64,000 nt of DNA. Source: an uncultured virus (IMG/VR IMGVR_UViG_2585428069_000013). Taxonomy: Duplodnaviria; Heunggongvirae; Uroviricota; Caudoviricetes. The DNA lies in IMG/VR virus record IMGVR_UViG_2585428069_000013. One strand, 5' to 3'. This document shows positions 1 to 9,658 of the stretch, piece by piece. Position numbers and translations under genes: made by a program. How positions within the stretch are numbered: the stretch's first letter is position 1; each line of letters starts with the position of its first letter. Below the pieces are notes generated by a model. It worked only from the letters and a program-made list of their open reading frames with translations. It was not told where the DNA came from and did not search any database.

Positions 1-375
1 TTACTTACTTTCTTCTGAAATATGAATTAATCCCTGGTCAAATATTTGCTTTACATGTTCATCTTCAAGAGAGTAGAATACAATCTTTCCTTCTCTTCTG
101 CTCTTTACTAGTTCAGCCTGCTTTAAGACTCTTAGCTGATGTGAAATTGCTGATTGGGTCATATTTAATAAGAATGCAATATCGCAAACGCACATCTCTG
201 ATTCATCTAATGCCCAGAGTATCTTAATTCTTGTTGAATCTCCAAAAACTTTAAATAGTTCTGCTAGATCATATAGAGTTTCTTCTTGAGGCATTTTTTC
301 TCGCACTTTATTTACAATTTCCTCATGTATTACATCACAGTCGCATCTTTCAATTGGTTGAATTTTTTTTGCCAT
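1..375 (-). CDS. cadC: ArsR/SmtB-family metal-sensing repressor, CadC-like
   Basis: N-terminal CDCDVIH, ELFKVFGDSTRIKIL, EMCVCDIA, SAISHQLRVLK winged-HTH signature. Confidence 0.8.
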   Translation of the reverse strand: MAKKIQPIERCDCDVIHEEIVNKVREKMPQEETLYDLAELFKVFGDSTRIKILWALDESEMCVCDIAFLLNMTQSAISHQLRVLKQAELVKSRREGKIVFYSLEDEHVKQIFDQGLIHISEESK

Positions 376-405
376 ATTTATATCACCTCTTTATCATTCA
401 ATTGA

Positions 406-487
406 ACACTTAAATAAGCTTTCATATATAATATAAACCTCAATTCTCCGTTTGTCAATAAAAACATATGAGTAATTGTTCAAGTGT
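406..487 (-). promoter_or_regulatory. sigmaA promoter of cadC with two ArsR/SmtB-type operator-like sites
   Basis: On - strand TTGACA(458-453)-17 bp-TATATT(435-430); flanked by imperfect palindromes ATATGAGTAATTGTTCAAGTGT (466-487) and a related site at about 406-428. Confidence 0.65.
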
Positions 488-507
488 GTTTATCTTTTAG
501 CTTTACG

Positions 508-610
508 GTCAAGACCGCCACCTCTAAGCGCAGCGTAGGTGGGTTTTAATCAGGTGGAGTAGACTCTCCATCTGATTCCCCGATGTTTCAGCTTGCTGAA
601 ACGAGTTCAC
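508..610. mobile_element. ~100-bp palindromic non-autonomous element resembling IS200/IS605-family ends
   Basis: Three hairpins (CCACCT..AGGTGG; AATCAGGTGGAG..CTCCATCTGATT; GTTTCAGC..GCTGAAAC), ends in GAGTTCAC, GC-richer than flanks. Confidence 0.45.
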
Positions 611-637
611 TTATTAGATTATCCCCAAGTATAAATA

Positions 638-682
638 GAAAAGAACCGCCCATCAAGAAGTATTTCTCCTCAATCGGCGGTC
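638..682 (-). terminator. Intrinsic terminator after recombinase genes
   Basis: ACCGCC...GGCGGT stem followed by T-tract on - strand. Confidence 0.55.
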
Positions 683-691
683 AAGTTCATT

Positions 692-2263
692 TTAAATTAA
701 TACATCAATCTCAACACCAGACTTGAACTCAATAGTTAGATTATCATCGAAGACCGTTACTTTCTCAATAAGTTTCCTTACCAGCTGCTCATCATATACC
801 TTCAGCCGGTTGGACTGCTCACTCAAGAATTCTGTCATCTCAGCAATCCTCTGCCTTCTTCCTTCACGCTCTGCATTTTCAACCAGTGCATTTTGCCTTA
901 GTTCCCGTAAGCGATATATCTCATCAGCCACTTCGTTATAATCATTCTTGGATTTTGCTTGTTTAAGAAGCTCCTGCTGCAAGTCATTCAATTTTACATC
1001 AACGTCATCGGTAGCATTATCGCTTTCCGCATTAAGCACGGTAGCTATATTATCTTGCAACGACTGGAGGAAAGATTCTTTGTTGCCTAGAAGTTCATTG
1101 ATAGCTTTTATAACCGCAGTCTGCAAAGTTTCTTCATTTATTGTAGGGGAAGTGCAGTCAGATTCCTTTTCTTCCAGGCGGCTGACACATCGCCATACGA
1201 TAGACTTATAACCTCGATTGTTCCAATGTACCCTGCGATAAATGTCACCGCACTGTCCGCAGTAGACGGTGCTTGATAAAGCATACTTGCTGCTGTAGAC
1301 CCGTTTTTTACCACCCTTGCCGCTTTGGATGCTTGCCCTGCGTACCATTTCTTCCTGAACCTGCATATAAAGGTCACGGGGGATAATAGGCTCGTGGCTG
1401 TTTTCCACATAATATTGTGGAACTATTCCGTTATTCTTGACCCGCTTTTTGGAAAGGAAGTCCACTGTATAAGTCTTTTGTAAAAGGGCATCTCCGATGT
1501 ACTTTTCGTTCTGCAGTATCTTTTTTAGTGTTTCAGGTCTCCATTTTGCTTTGCTTGCCGCTGTAAGGATACCGTCTGACTCCAATCCTCTTGCTATCTG
1601 CAAAAGGCTTGCTCCCTCAAGGTACTCTCTGAAAATTCGTTTGACAATCTCTGCTCCCTCTGGGTCAATAACCAGTTGCTTGTTTTCATTTTTCGTGTAT
1701 CCGAGGAAACGGTTGTGGTTGACTTGGATTTCACCTTGTTGGTAACGGTACTGAATGCCCATCTTAACATTCTGGCTTAAGGATTGACTCTCCTGTTGGG
1801 CAAGGGATGCCATAATGGTCAGCATAACTTCACCCTTGGAATCCATCGTGTTGATGTTCTCTTTCTCAAAGAATACAGCGATGTTCTTATCCTTTAGCTG
1901 ACGGATATATTTTAGACAGTCCAGAGTGTTTCTGGCAAATCGACTGATGGACTTTGTAATGATCATGTCAACATTTCCATCCATGCACTCATCAATCATG
2001 CGGTTGAATTCTTCACGCTTTTTGGTGTTTGTACCCGTAATTCCATCATCCGCAAAAATACCTGCCAGTTCCCATTCTGGGTTCTTTTGAATAAAATTTG
2101 TATAGTGTTCAATCTGAATATCATAACTTGTGGCCTGCTCATCACTATCCGTTGAAACACGGCAGTAAGCAGCCACTCGTATTTTAGGTTTGCTTTCACC
2201 GTTTTTATTGTTTCCGACTCTCTTAATTGCCGGAATCACCGTTACATTCTTACTTACCGCCAT
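692..2263 (-). CDS. Large serine recombinase
   Basis: [10 protein letters not shown] catalytic motif, [10 protein letters not shown], recombinase domain, YCGQCG/WRC zinc ribbon, coiled coil. Confidence 0.95.
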   Translation of the reverse strand: MAVSKNVTVIPAIKRVGNNKNGESKPKIRVAAYCRVSTDSDEQATSYDIQIEHYTNFIQKNPEWELAGIFADDGITGTNTKKREEFNRMIDECMDGNVDMIITKSISRFARNTLDCLKYIRQLKDKNIAVFFEKENINTMDSKGEVMLTIMASLAQQESQSLSQNVKMGIQYRYQQGEIQVNHNRFLGYTKNENKQLVIDPEGAEIVKRIFREYLEGASLLQIARGLESDGILTAASKAKWRPETLKKILQNEKYIGDALLQKTYTVDFLSKKRVKNNGIVPQYYVENSHEPIIPRDLYMQVQEEMVRRASIQSGKGGKKRVYSSKYALSSTVYCGQCGDIYRRVHWNNRGYKSIVWRCVSRLEEKESDCTSPTINEETLQTAVIKAINELLGNKESFLQSLQDNIATVLNAESDNATDDVDVKLNDLQQELLKQAKSKNDYNEVADEIYRLRELRQNALVENAEREGRRQRIAEMTEFLSEQSNRLKVYDEQLVRKLIEKVTVFDDNLTIEFKSGVEIDVLI

Positions 2264-2266
2264 CTG

Positions 2267-2680
2267 CTACACCTCACTTTCTATTAAGCTGTATGCATAT
2301 TCTGCCTGCTTGAATGGATTATCATATTTCTGCACCTGTGGCTTTGCTTTGAACTTCACCGCATAATCTATTTCCGGCATATCCTTAGGCTCCCGTATCC
2401 TCCCAAGCATTTCTGCTCGTCTTTGCTTTTCTGCACTAGCTTTCTCAAAGGTTTCCGCATCGACAATAGGAGGATAAAACTCATCACCAAGGTAATGCTT
2501 GTTCTGTAAGATCTTGCCTGCGGTAGCATGGTAGCAATTTATCCCGGCTTTTTTTGCCGCATCCTTCAAGGAAAGTCCAGATAAGTACCCGGTATATAAC
2601 TCCATTATTTGAACTGCTGCCGTTTCATCAACCACGGCCTTTCCGTTTTTAATTCTATATCCATAGGGTGTATGTCCCAT
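2267..2680 (-). CDS. Small recombinase-domain protein lacking the catalytic domain
   Basis: GHTPYGY...NKHYLGDEFYPPIVD..TF matches the LSR DNA-binding recombinase domain. Confidence 0.8.
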   Translation of the reverse strand: MGHTPYGYRIKNGKAVVDETAAVQIMELYTGYLSGLSLKDAAKKAGINCYHATAGKILQNKHYLGDEFYPPIVDAETFEKASAEKQRRAEMLGRIREPKDMPEIDYAVKFKAKPQVQKYDNPFKQAEYAYSLIESEV

Positions 2681-4246
2681 CTAATTCACCAGCCTTTCTC
2701 TCAGAGTAATTCCACATTTTAATTCAAAACCAATCTCATCCCGTGAATAAGCAATAATTCGTTCCACATAGTTTTCAAATAACTCGTCCTCATAAGCTGT
2801 CAGCATTTTAGACTTTGCCGTAAACTTTAATAGAAGGTTGACTTCCTCCACCTTTACAAGATTACCGTTTACCGAATGAGAAATCCGCTCCTTATCGGTT
2901 CGAAGTCTTGCATCCTCAGCTGCCAGTGAATTCTTTTCTTTATTAAATAGAGCAGGATCCAGATACCCCTTTGTCATTAGACCCATCAGCATCTGACTCT
3001 GCTCCACGTTGTTTTCAATCTTAGTTTCCAGTTCTTGTATTTTGTGAAAACTCTCTGTGTTGTTCTGACTGCGTAGCCCATCTAGCAAGGGTCTCAAAAT
3101 GAACTTTTGACCGAAAATCAGTTTATTCATCATCGTAACAAATGCCGTTTTTATATCATCGTCTCGTATAAACAGCATGGAACATTCCGTTACCTGCTTT
3201 AGGTGTTTATTGCAGCACCATGCAATGTATTTTCTTGTTCCATCTGAATGTATCCGCCTTTTAAAGGTACTACCACACTCCGAGCAGATGATTTTCCCAG
3301 AAAAAGAATAGCGGTTTTGATATTTTCCATTGCGTTTTTCGATGCCTTTTTCTTTTGCTCTCTGATTGATAATTGCATCAACGGCTTCAAAATCCTCATG
3401 GCTGACAATTGCCTCATGGTGGTTTTCTACCATATACATATCTTTTTCACCATAATTGGTATGCCTGTTAAAATGACTATCGGTATAGGTCTTTTGAAAA
3501 ATAATATCGCCCGTGTACTTCTCATTGGACAAAATTGCTCGGACGGTGGTTGCAGTCCATCGACCACCTTTTTTAGTAGGAACACTATGATTATTGAGAT
3601 CATCCGCAATTTTCTGAGTACCCTTACCCGATAACACTTCAGCAAAAATAAGCTTCACAACTTCTGCTTGCTTTGGATTCACCACCATTTGACCGCTTAT
3701 GTTTTCATAGCCGTATGGGGGATATGCAACCTTGAAGGTTCCATTTTGAAAGCGTCTTTGAATTGACCACTTGTTATTTTCTGAAATGGAAATCGACTCA
3801 CTTTCTGCAAGTCCGCTTAAAATGGAGAGCATCAACTCGCTTTCCATCGATTGTGTATTAATGTTTTCTTTTTCAAAATAGATGTAAACACCAAGGTCTA
3901 CCAGTTTGCGAACCATTTCCAGACAGTCTGTAGTATTTCTGGCAAATCGGCTGATGGACTTTGTGATAATCAAGTCAATTTTCCTATTTTCACTGTCCGA
4001 TATCATTCTAAGCAATTCGGTCCGGTTTTCCTTTTTCGTACCGCTGATACCCTCATCATAATATAATCCTGCATATTCCCATTCTGGGTTTGCCTTAATG
4101 TGGGTCTCGTAGTGAGTCTTTTGAGCCTGCAAGCTAACAAGCTGTTCATCACTGTCTGTAGAAACGCGGCAGTAGGCAGCTACTCGTAACTTTGGCTTCA
4201 TAAATGATTCGACCTTGTCATTTTCTATTTTCGTTATCTTTTTCAT
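2681..4246 (-). CDS. Large serine recombinase
   Basis: [29 protein letters not shown] zinc ribbon; start taken at ATG 4246 after GGAGGTG RBS. Confidence 0.95.
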   Translation of the reverse strand: MKKITKIENDKVESFMKPKLRVAAYCRVSTDSDEQLVSLQAQKTHYETHIKANPEWEYAGLYYDEGISGTKKENRTELLRMISDSENRKIDLIITKSISRFARNTTDCLEMVRKLVDLGVYIYFEKENINTQSMESELMLSILSGLAESESISISENNKWSIQRRFQNGTFKVAYPPYGYENISGQMVVNPKQAEVVKLIFAEVLSGKGTQKIADDLNNHSVPTKKGGRWTATTVRAILSNEKYTGDIIFQKTYTDSHFNRHTNYGEKDMYMVENHHEAIVSHEDFEAVDAIINQRAKEKGIEKRNGKYQNRYSFSGKIICSECGSTFKRRIHSDGTRKYIAWCCNKHLKQVTECSMLFIRDDDIKTAFVTMMNKLIFGQKFILRPLLDGLRSQNNTESFHKIQELETKIENNVEQSQMLMGLMTKGYLDPALFNKEKNSLAAEDARLRTDKERISHSVNGNLVKVEEVNLLLKFTAKSKMLTAYEDELFENYVERIIAYSRDEIGFELKCGITLRERLVN

Positions 4247-4260
4247 CCTCTCACCTCCTC

Positions 4261-4303
4261 TTCGGTAGGTCACATGTTACCTCTAAAACCTTTATATATC
4301 AAC
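4261..4303 (-). promoter_or_regulatory. Promoter motif class A, copy 1 (upstream of recombinases)
   Basis: TTGATA-17-TAACAT..TACCGAA; related copies at 24721-24763 and 25833-25874. Confidence 0.55.
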
Positions 4304-4307
4304 GATT

Positions 4308-4544
4308 TTAAGGCATTATCTCTGCCAAAACAGGAGAGAAAGTTTGACGATTTAGTGCGGTTATTTTGTCAAATTCAGCCACTGTAATTAAGCCTTTTTC
4401 AAGCATCTTTTTCAGCAGTTTTTCTGCCCGGATATAATCAAACTCACGCTGTATCTGCTCCTGTGATACTTTCTTTGGTTCAAGTCTGTTTTCTATGATT
4501 TCATCCGTAATCTTTGTAACTTTCTTATTCTCATAATGATTCAT
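4308..4544 (-). CDS. SHOCT-domain small protein (possible recombination directionality factor)
   Basis: LKKMLEKGLITVAEFDKI SHOCT-like motif directly upstream of the recombinases. Confidence 0.7.
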   Translation of the reverse strand: MNHYENKKVTKITDEIIENRLEPKKVSQEQIQREFDYIRAEKLLKKMLEKGLITVAEFDKITALNRQTFSPVLAEIMP

Positions 4545-4557
4545 ATCGCATAACCTC

Positions 4558-4593
4558 CTACCTATTAGCCGTGGGAACAGGCCGAAGTTGAGG
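4558..4593 (-). promoter_or_regulatory. Bipartite motif class B, copy 1
   Basis: CCTCAACTT-N9-CC-YANGGCTA-WW-AGGTAG; identical spacing at 39061-39096 and 43392-43427. Confidence 0.7.
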
Positions 4594-4623
4594 TTTTGTA
4601 AGAATTAATTTGAATCAGAGCAT

Positions 4624-4662
4624 AAAAAAAGAGCCTGTAGGAGCGATAAAACTCCCACAGGC
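4624..4662 (-). terminator. Intrinsic terminator after endolysin
   Basis: GCCTGT..GAG/CTC..ACAGGC stem plus T7 tract on - strand. Confidence 0.7.
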
Positions 4663-4675
4663 AATTTTCTATTCA

Positions 4676-5392
4676 TTAATCATATTTAATAAAAGCATCT
4701 TTAAATCCAGAGGCTTTTGCCCTTGCAAGCTGTGCCTCAGCATTGGCTTTAACTGAGAAAGCACCGATTTGCACATGATATAGTTTAGTTTGTGGTGTCA
4801 CAGAACTTGCGCTGTTTTCTTCCTCCAATTGCTTCTTTACATCGGTTCTAAGGGTATCCATCGACTTACCGTGCTTGGGGAACCAGTGCATAACATCAGC
4901 ATGGTTACTTGCGATGCCCAGTTTATGCCCCTCACTGTGACAGATGATATCCTTCTCACTTAATCCATAGAGTTTGCAAAGATATACACAAAGCTCGACA
5001 GCTTCCTTATAAACAGCAGAAAAATACGAGGTATCGGTCAGACCGTCCTCGCAGATTTCAAATCCGATATGGGTATCATTGACCGAGCCTTTCGAGCCGG
5101 AACCGCCATGCCAGCCACGATGGTTCCACGGTAGCGTCTGATAGGTGGCAATCGAGCCGTCAGCCAGTTTGCCAATAAAGCCGTGGACACAAACCTGTCT
5201 ACCGCCGGGCTTATCTTGATTCCAATGATTGTTGTACTGGTTCTTTCCGAGCAAGCCGTCATCCGGGCCAACATAGCGCTTCAGCCATGGGTTATTTGCC
5301 CCGGTGGAGTGTACCATTATGGCTTTAGGAATTATCGTTTTACCTGATTTGAAGCAGGCATTATTCGTTAGTATTAACTTGCGTAAGTTCAT
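4676..5392 (-). CDS. Endolysin, N-acetylmuramoyl-L-alanine amidase (Amidase_2) with C-terminal SPOR domain
   Basis: IMVHSTG, WHGG, IGFEICED, IICHSE; LYHVQIGAFSVKANAE SPOR motif. Confidence 0.9.
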   Translation of the reverse strand: MNLRKLILTNNACFKSGKTIIPKAIMVHSTGANNPWLKRYVGPDDGLLGKNQYNNHWNQDKPGGRQVCVHGFIGKLADGSIATYQTLPWNHRGWHGGSGSKGSVNDTHIGFEICEDGLTDTSYFSAVYKEAVELCVYLCKLYGLSEKDIICHSEGHKLGIASNHADVMHWFPKHGKSMDTLRTDVKKQLEEENSASSVTPQTKLYHVQIGAFSVKANAEAQLARAKASGFKDAFIKYD

Positions 5393-5408
5393 TATAATCA
5401 CCTCAAAT

Positions 5409-6779
5409 TCAAATATAGGTTGTCGCAAGATTGACAGGGTATAGGTGGTAGGTAAACTTCAAGTCGCAGTAAGCACTCGCCGATGTGCCATCACTTCCCA
5501 TACTGATATACAGCCCATAACCAGAAGGCACTCGGCTTTGACGCATTTGAATATGAACATGCAACCCAGCGTTTGAACTATCAGCACCGATAGGTGTGCT
5601 GCGTGAGATTCTGGTAAAGTTCACTTCATCGTTTGAGATATATAAGTCTAGTTCTTTTTCACTTGTATCCGATTGACGGCAAAGGGTAATCAAATGACAA
5701 TCATAAGCCGTCGGATAAAGCAATCCGCCCTGCCCGTCTATAACCACGCTATCAATGGGCAATAAGGTGTGAAAAGGTCCTCGAACACTATTAATACCGC
5801 CCCCGCCGGTAGCATTACCGCTCAAGACATATCTCAAATAGCTTGCTCTGGTGAATGCGTTGATAGTAGCTGTTGCGATCGAGGTAAGGGTCAATGTTGT
5901 TGTCGCATTTTCTGCTCTTTCCAATAAGAATAGACTCTCACCAGAAGGAATGGTAACATCACCAATGGAGAAAATTTGACTCGTCCAATAGGCTGTGCAA
6001 GCCGGGTTTGGTGATGTTCCTAACCCATAAGCAATGTTCATTTCATCTTCGATGCCTCTTATAGCTTCGGCAAGTTTCTTGACTGTATTGCGAAGCGTGT
6101 CTTGGATTAGCACCTGCACATTGCTTGAGGCTGGACTACCCAAAGATGTAACGAAGGTATATGCTACTGTGCCGATTACTACATTGTTGCCATTCGTTAT
6201 GCCACTAAATGTGATGGACGCTCTTCGGCTTATCATATCCGGCGCGGTAGCTGTTTCTATCGGATGCGAATGGTTCAGGAGAACCCCAGTCCGCATATAA
6301 AGATTGTCACGCGTATCCTCGACCAAGTCGTGTGTAGTGTTTAGCAAGTTATAAGTGAGATTTAGCAGATTATTTATCTCATCAATATCCAGTTCAGCTA
6401 AGGCAGAAAGCACTTGATTAAGCCATTCCTGAGCGGGCGGCTCGGGTGGTTCAGCTATACCATCTGCAAGAGCCTCCTCGACGATGGTTAGAATTTGAAC
6501 GCTTTTCCCGACAACGTCACCATAAGTAACCCTTATCTCCAGGCGACCGACACCGACGATCAGTGTGTCCGTTGCGCTGGGGGACCATGTAAGGACTTCA
6601 TCAGCGTAGGTTGTGATCACTGGATAGGCAATTCCATCAGGTCTTTTGTATATTGCATTTAAGGCGGCACCGGGATACGTGTCATCCAATAAACTAGAAA
6701 CGTCAAACTCAAGATGGCGAAAGTAGTGTTCGCCGCGTCTGCCGATGAACACCGTTGCTGCTTTTGTTAAATCAATCAT
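5409..6779 (-). CDS. Virion-associated protein with BppU-like N-terminus, inside the lysis cassette
   Basis: N-terminal YKRPDG..LTWSPSATDT...GRLEI..GKS..PPEP..W pattern typical of baseplate/fibre anchors; beta-rich C-terminus. Confidence 0.5.
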   Translation of the reverse strand: MIDLTKAATVFIGRRGEHYFRHLEFDVSSLLDDTYPGAALNAIYKRPDGIAYPVITTYADEVLTWSPSATDTLIVGVGRLEIRVTYGDVVGKSVQILTIVEEALADGIAEPPEPPAQEWLNQVLSALAELDIDEINNLLNLTYNLLNTTHDLVEDTRDNLYMRTGVLLNHSHPIETATAPDMISRRASITFSGITNGNNVVIGTVAYTFVTSLGSPASSNVQVLIQDTLRNTVKKLAEAIRGIEDEMNIAYGLGTSPNPACTAYWTSQIFSIGDVTIPSGESLFLLERAENATTTLTLTSIATATINAFTRASYLRYVLSGNATGGGGINSVRGPFHTLLPIDSVVIDGQGGLLYPTAYDCHLITLCRQSDTSEKELDLYISNDEVNFTRISRSTPIGADSSNAGLHVHIQMRQSRVPSGYGLYISMGSDGTSASAYCDLKFTYHLYPVNLATTYI

Positions 6780-7216
6780 ATTCCATCACCTGGCTTACGG
6801 GGATCATCATCACGCCCATGTAGCTGCTTTAAAACCTCCTCGAGTTTTTCAGGTATGGGCAGCCCGATATGGCTTGCATTTTCCAAAATGGAAATGCCTT
6901 CATTGCTCAAGTAGAAGAAAATTACTGCAGTCCGAAGGACACCACCAGTGTCCCCAACGTTACCCAGTATCTGCGTATCAAGAATATGGGCTACACCCAC
7001 CAAGGCAAAAATAAGCACCTTTTTGAAGATACCTCTCGCACCGATTTCGCTGGACAGCTTTTTATCAATAATGGCACAGAGCACTCCAGTCACATAATCA
7101 ATGGCCACAAATGCTATGAGTGCATAAAGAAATCCATCCAGCCCACCGAGAAACCATCCGAGAAATGCACCGATAGCTGCAAGCGCCAATTGTATCCAAT
7201 TCCAAATCTCTTTCAT
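6776..7216 (-). CDS. Holin (toxin secretion/phage lysis family)
   Basis: TM helices, IDYVTG, KKLSSEIG..GI.KK, FYLSNEGISILEN...GLPIP. Confidence 0.9.
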   Translation of the reverse strand: MKEIWNWIQLALAAIGAFLGWFLGGLDGFLYALIAFVAIDYVTGVLCAIIDKKLSSEIGARGIFKKVLIFALVGVAHILDTQILGNVGDTGGVLRTAVIFFYLSNEGISILENASHIGLPIPEKLEEVLKQLHGRDDDPRKPGDGI

Positions 7217-7290
7217 CTGATATACCTCCATAATTTTGTGTATAGAAAAGCGCTCCCGCATATTACGAGAGCGCTATGGTTGTATTGTGT

Positions 7291-9651
7291 CTAAAGCATC
7301 AATAACAGGTCTTGAATCTGTTGCATCACGTCCGCTTTTGGCCGCCCTGTTCCGATGGGCAGCCATGTTATAGGCGGGATATCAAAGGTCATCGAGGAAT
7401 CAAAGCTGTTGACTGTTGTGATGACCGGCTCGATAGCTTTTCGAAGCTCCGTGATATGGAACGGCCAGTTTTTAACTGTGGTCTTTCCAGCAACAATTTC
7501 CTCACTCCAAGTCACAGGTGACAGGTTGTAATAGCTTCGCACCTTGTTTACAGCGTTTCGGAGCGTTTGGATATGAGTTGCCTTGACATGCGTTTCGTTC
7601 ACAGTGATCGTTTCAAATGGTGGTGGAAGTACCGTAAAAGCACGTACAACCTCCGGGCTAGACGACTCGATATCGCTATCAAGGCAGCGTAGGGTTACAG
7701 TATGGTTTCCTGTAGCCAACGTTGCCGCTTGGTACACCGTTTTTGCGCCGTTGCTGAGATAACCACTTGTGGAAAACATCTCAGGATTGTCCACGCTGTT
7801 AATCCATACACCTGCGTCAATCTTCACTTCCATAATCTGCGTCTGACCGTCTGGTTCGACACCCGTTGTAATCATGAAACGCGGGGTGGTATTATAACTG
7901 GAACTGCTAGATATCGGGCAGACGATTACCGGGGCAGTTGGCGGACTGTTTTTCTTTACTGTGCCGCTGACTACATAGGCAGAGACTGCATCCAATGTAT
8001 CTGTTACGCTGATACGGTAACGGGTATACATTCCGGCTATCTGAGATGCGTTCGCTGTAAATGTCCCCGAAGGGGCACTTGAAACGATGATTGTCAGAGC
8101 CTCATACGCCGACCAGTTAGTCCCGTCCGTTGAAGTTGAGCGCTGAATGACATACTGCTTGATAGCGCTGGTTCCGGGTATCGTTCCGCTCCATGTAAGA
8201 GTTACAGTGCTTGATTCGTAAATAACAGGAGCGGCGTTAAAGGAAGAAGGTGGCGTAGGCAGTGTATTTCTGCGGACAGTGTTGCTGGAAACAGTCCAGT
8301 CGGAGTAGAAACTCTCCCCGGCGGCACCACGTGTTCTGATCCGGAATTGGCGATAATACCCGCGCGCACCTGAAGGACTCACGCTTAAGATACTGCTTGT
8401 TGCAGAAGTGATTACCGTGGTCAGTGCCGTCCACGCTCCCCAGTTACTGTCATCTGCCGAATCACTATACTGTATCTCATAGGATGTGATGGCATTGCCT
8501 GCACCGTCGGATGCACCACTCCATGAGAGAGAGATGTTTCCTTCAGCTAAGGTTACACTTACCGAGCAAGCCGTAGGTGCTCCACAAGCTGTGATGTTAC
8601 AATAGATACTGTTACTGATCTTCTCCACCGAGTAAACATCAAATGTATCAATTGTCCAGATGCCAAATTGAGTATATGTTCCAGGAGTTCTCGATACAGT
8701 TGGGTTATAACTGCCTCCGCTTGCCGCCAGTATTAGCGTGGTCAGCACGTTCCATGAACTCCATGTGCTGTTATCCGTGGATGTGCGTCTGGCAATCTGG
8801 TATCCCTTGACCGGGCTGGTACCGCTTGATGCTCCGCTCCAAGTCAGCGTAATGGTCTCATCGCTATATGCTGCGGGAGATGCAACAGCCGTCGTTGCTG
8901 GCTTTGGTGCTGTATTTCTTCGGACGGAGTTCGTTGATACTTTCCATCCGGAATAATAGCTTGCCCCTGCTGTACCACGTGTGCGCACTTGAAATCTTCG
9001 GTAATTGCCTCTTATGGACGGCGGCGATGTAGCCACACTGCCGCTGGTGGCTGTGGTTGAAACTGTAGTCAGTGCTGTCCATGCTCCCCAAGTGAAGTTG
9101 TCGGTAGATTCGCTGTATTGGATCTCATAGCTAGAAATCGTGTTACTTATACCGCCGGATGCTCCGCTCCATGAAAGGGTAATCCCGCCTTCTGAGAGAA
9201 TGGGATTGACCGAACAAGAGGTCGGCGCTCCGCAGACTGTGGTAAGAAGCGCTGAACTTAACACCGTGTAGCTTGAATTGTCGATTACGCCTGAAGAAAG
9301 CGTCAGCCTCCCATCCGACACCACTCGAAAGCGTACGCCCTGCGTAGTGTTCCCTGTAGTGGAAGGACAGGTCACCGAAACATATCTAAGTCTCGGTGTT
9401 GTTCCGTCCCAGTTATCGCCGTCTACCGTCTTAATACGCACCTGTGAGGAAGAGCCGTTTACGGTCATGGTACAAAGCAGGGCATAACCGTTGTGGATGA
9501 AGGAACCTGATGAACCTAATGCAGCGGATATGGTGAAGTTATAGGTCATCTGATTATTATTTGGCCGGCTTTTAGTATATGTGATAGTGTAAAAAACAGA
9601 CGGGCCAGTGCCCGCCTGCAGAGTTATACCACTAATATCCGCCATTGTCAT
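7291..9651 (-). CDS. Tail protein with tandem fibronectin-III/Ig-like repeats
   Basis: Four units with ITL(S/T)WSG...Y.I..S...W..W and S/T-rich composition, located after the baseplate genes. Confidence 0.75.
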   Translation of the reverse strand: MTMADISGITLQAGTGPSVFYTITYTKSRPNNNQMTYNFTISAALGSSGSFIHNGYALLCTMTVNGSSSQVRIKTVDGDNWDGTTPRLRYVSVTCPSTTGNTTQGVRFRVVSDGRLTLSSGVIDNSSYTVLSSALLTTVCGAPTSCSVNPILSEGGITLSWSGASGGISNTISSYEIQYSESTDNFTWGAWTALTTVSTTATSGSVATSPPSIRGNYRRFQVRTRGTAGASYYSGWKVSTNSVRRNTAPKPATTAVASPAAYSDETITLTWSGASSGTSPVKGYQIARRTSTDNSTWSSWNVLTTLILAASGGSYNPTVSRTPGTYTQFGIWTIDTFDVYSVEKISNSIYCNITACGAPTACSVSVTLAEGNISLSWSGASDGAGNAITSYEIQYSDSADDSNWGAWTALTTVITSATSSILSVSPSGARGYYRQFRIRTRGAAGESFYSDWTVSSNTVRRNTLPTPPSSFNAAPVIYESSTVTLTWSGTIPGTSAIKQYVIQRSTSTDGTNWSAYEALTIIVSSAPSGTFTANASQIAGMYTRYRISVTDTLDAVSAYVVSGTVKKNSPPTAPVIVCPISSSSSYNTTPRFMITTGVEPDGQTQIMEVKIDAGVWINSVDNPEMFSTSGYLSNGAKTVYQAATLATGNHTVTLRCLDSDIESSSPEVVRAFTVLPPPFETITVNETHVKATHIQTLRNAVNKVRSYYNLSPVTWSEEIVAGKTTVKNWPFHITELRKAIEPVITTVNSFDSSMTFDIPPITWLPIGTGRPKADVMQQIQDLLLML

Positions 9652-9658
9652 TCACCTC

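Noticed and set aside
611..691. attR directly after the last recombinase
   Set aside because: No rumA-tail or SNase continuation found; only a terminator
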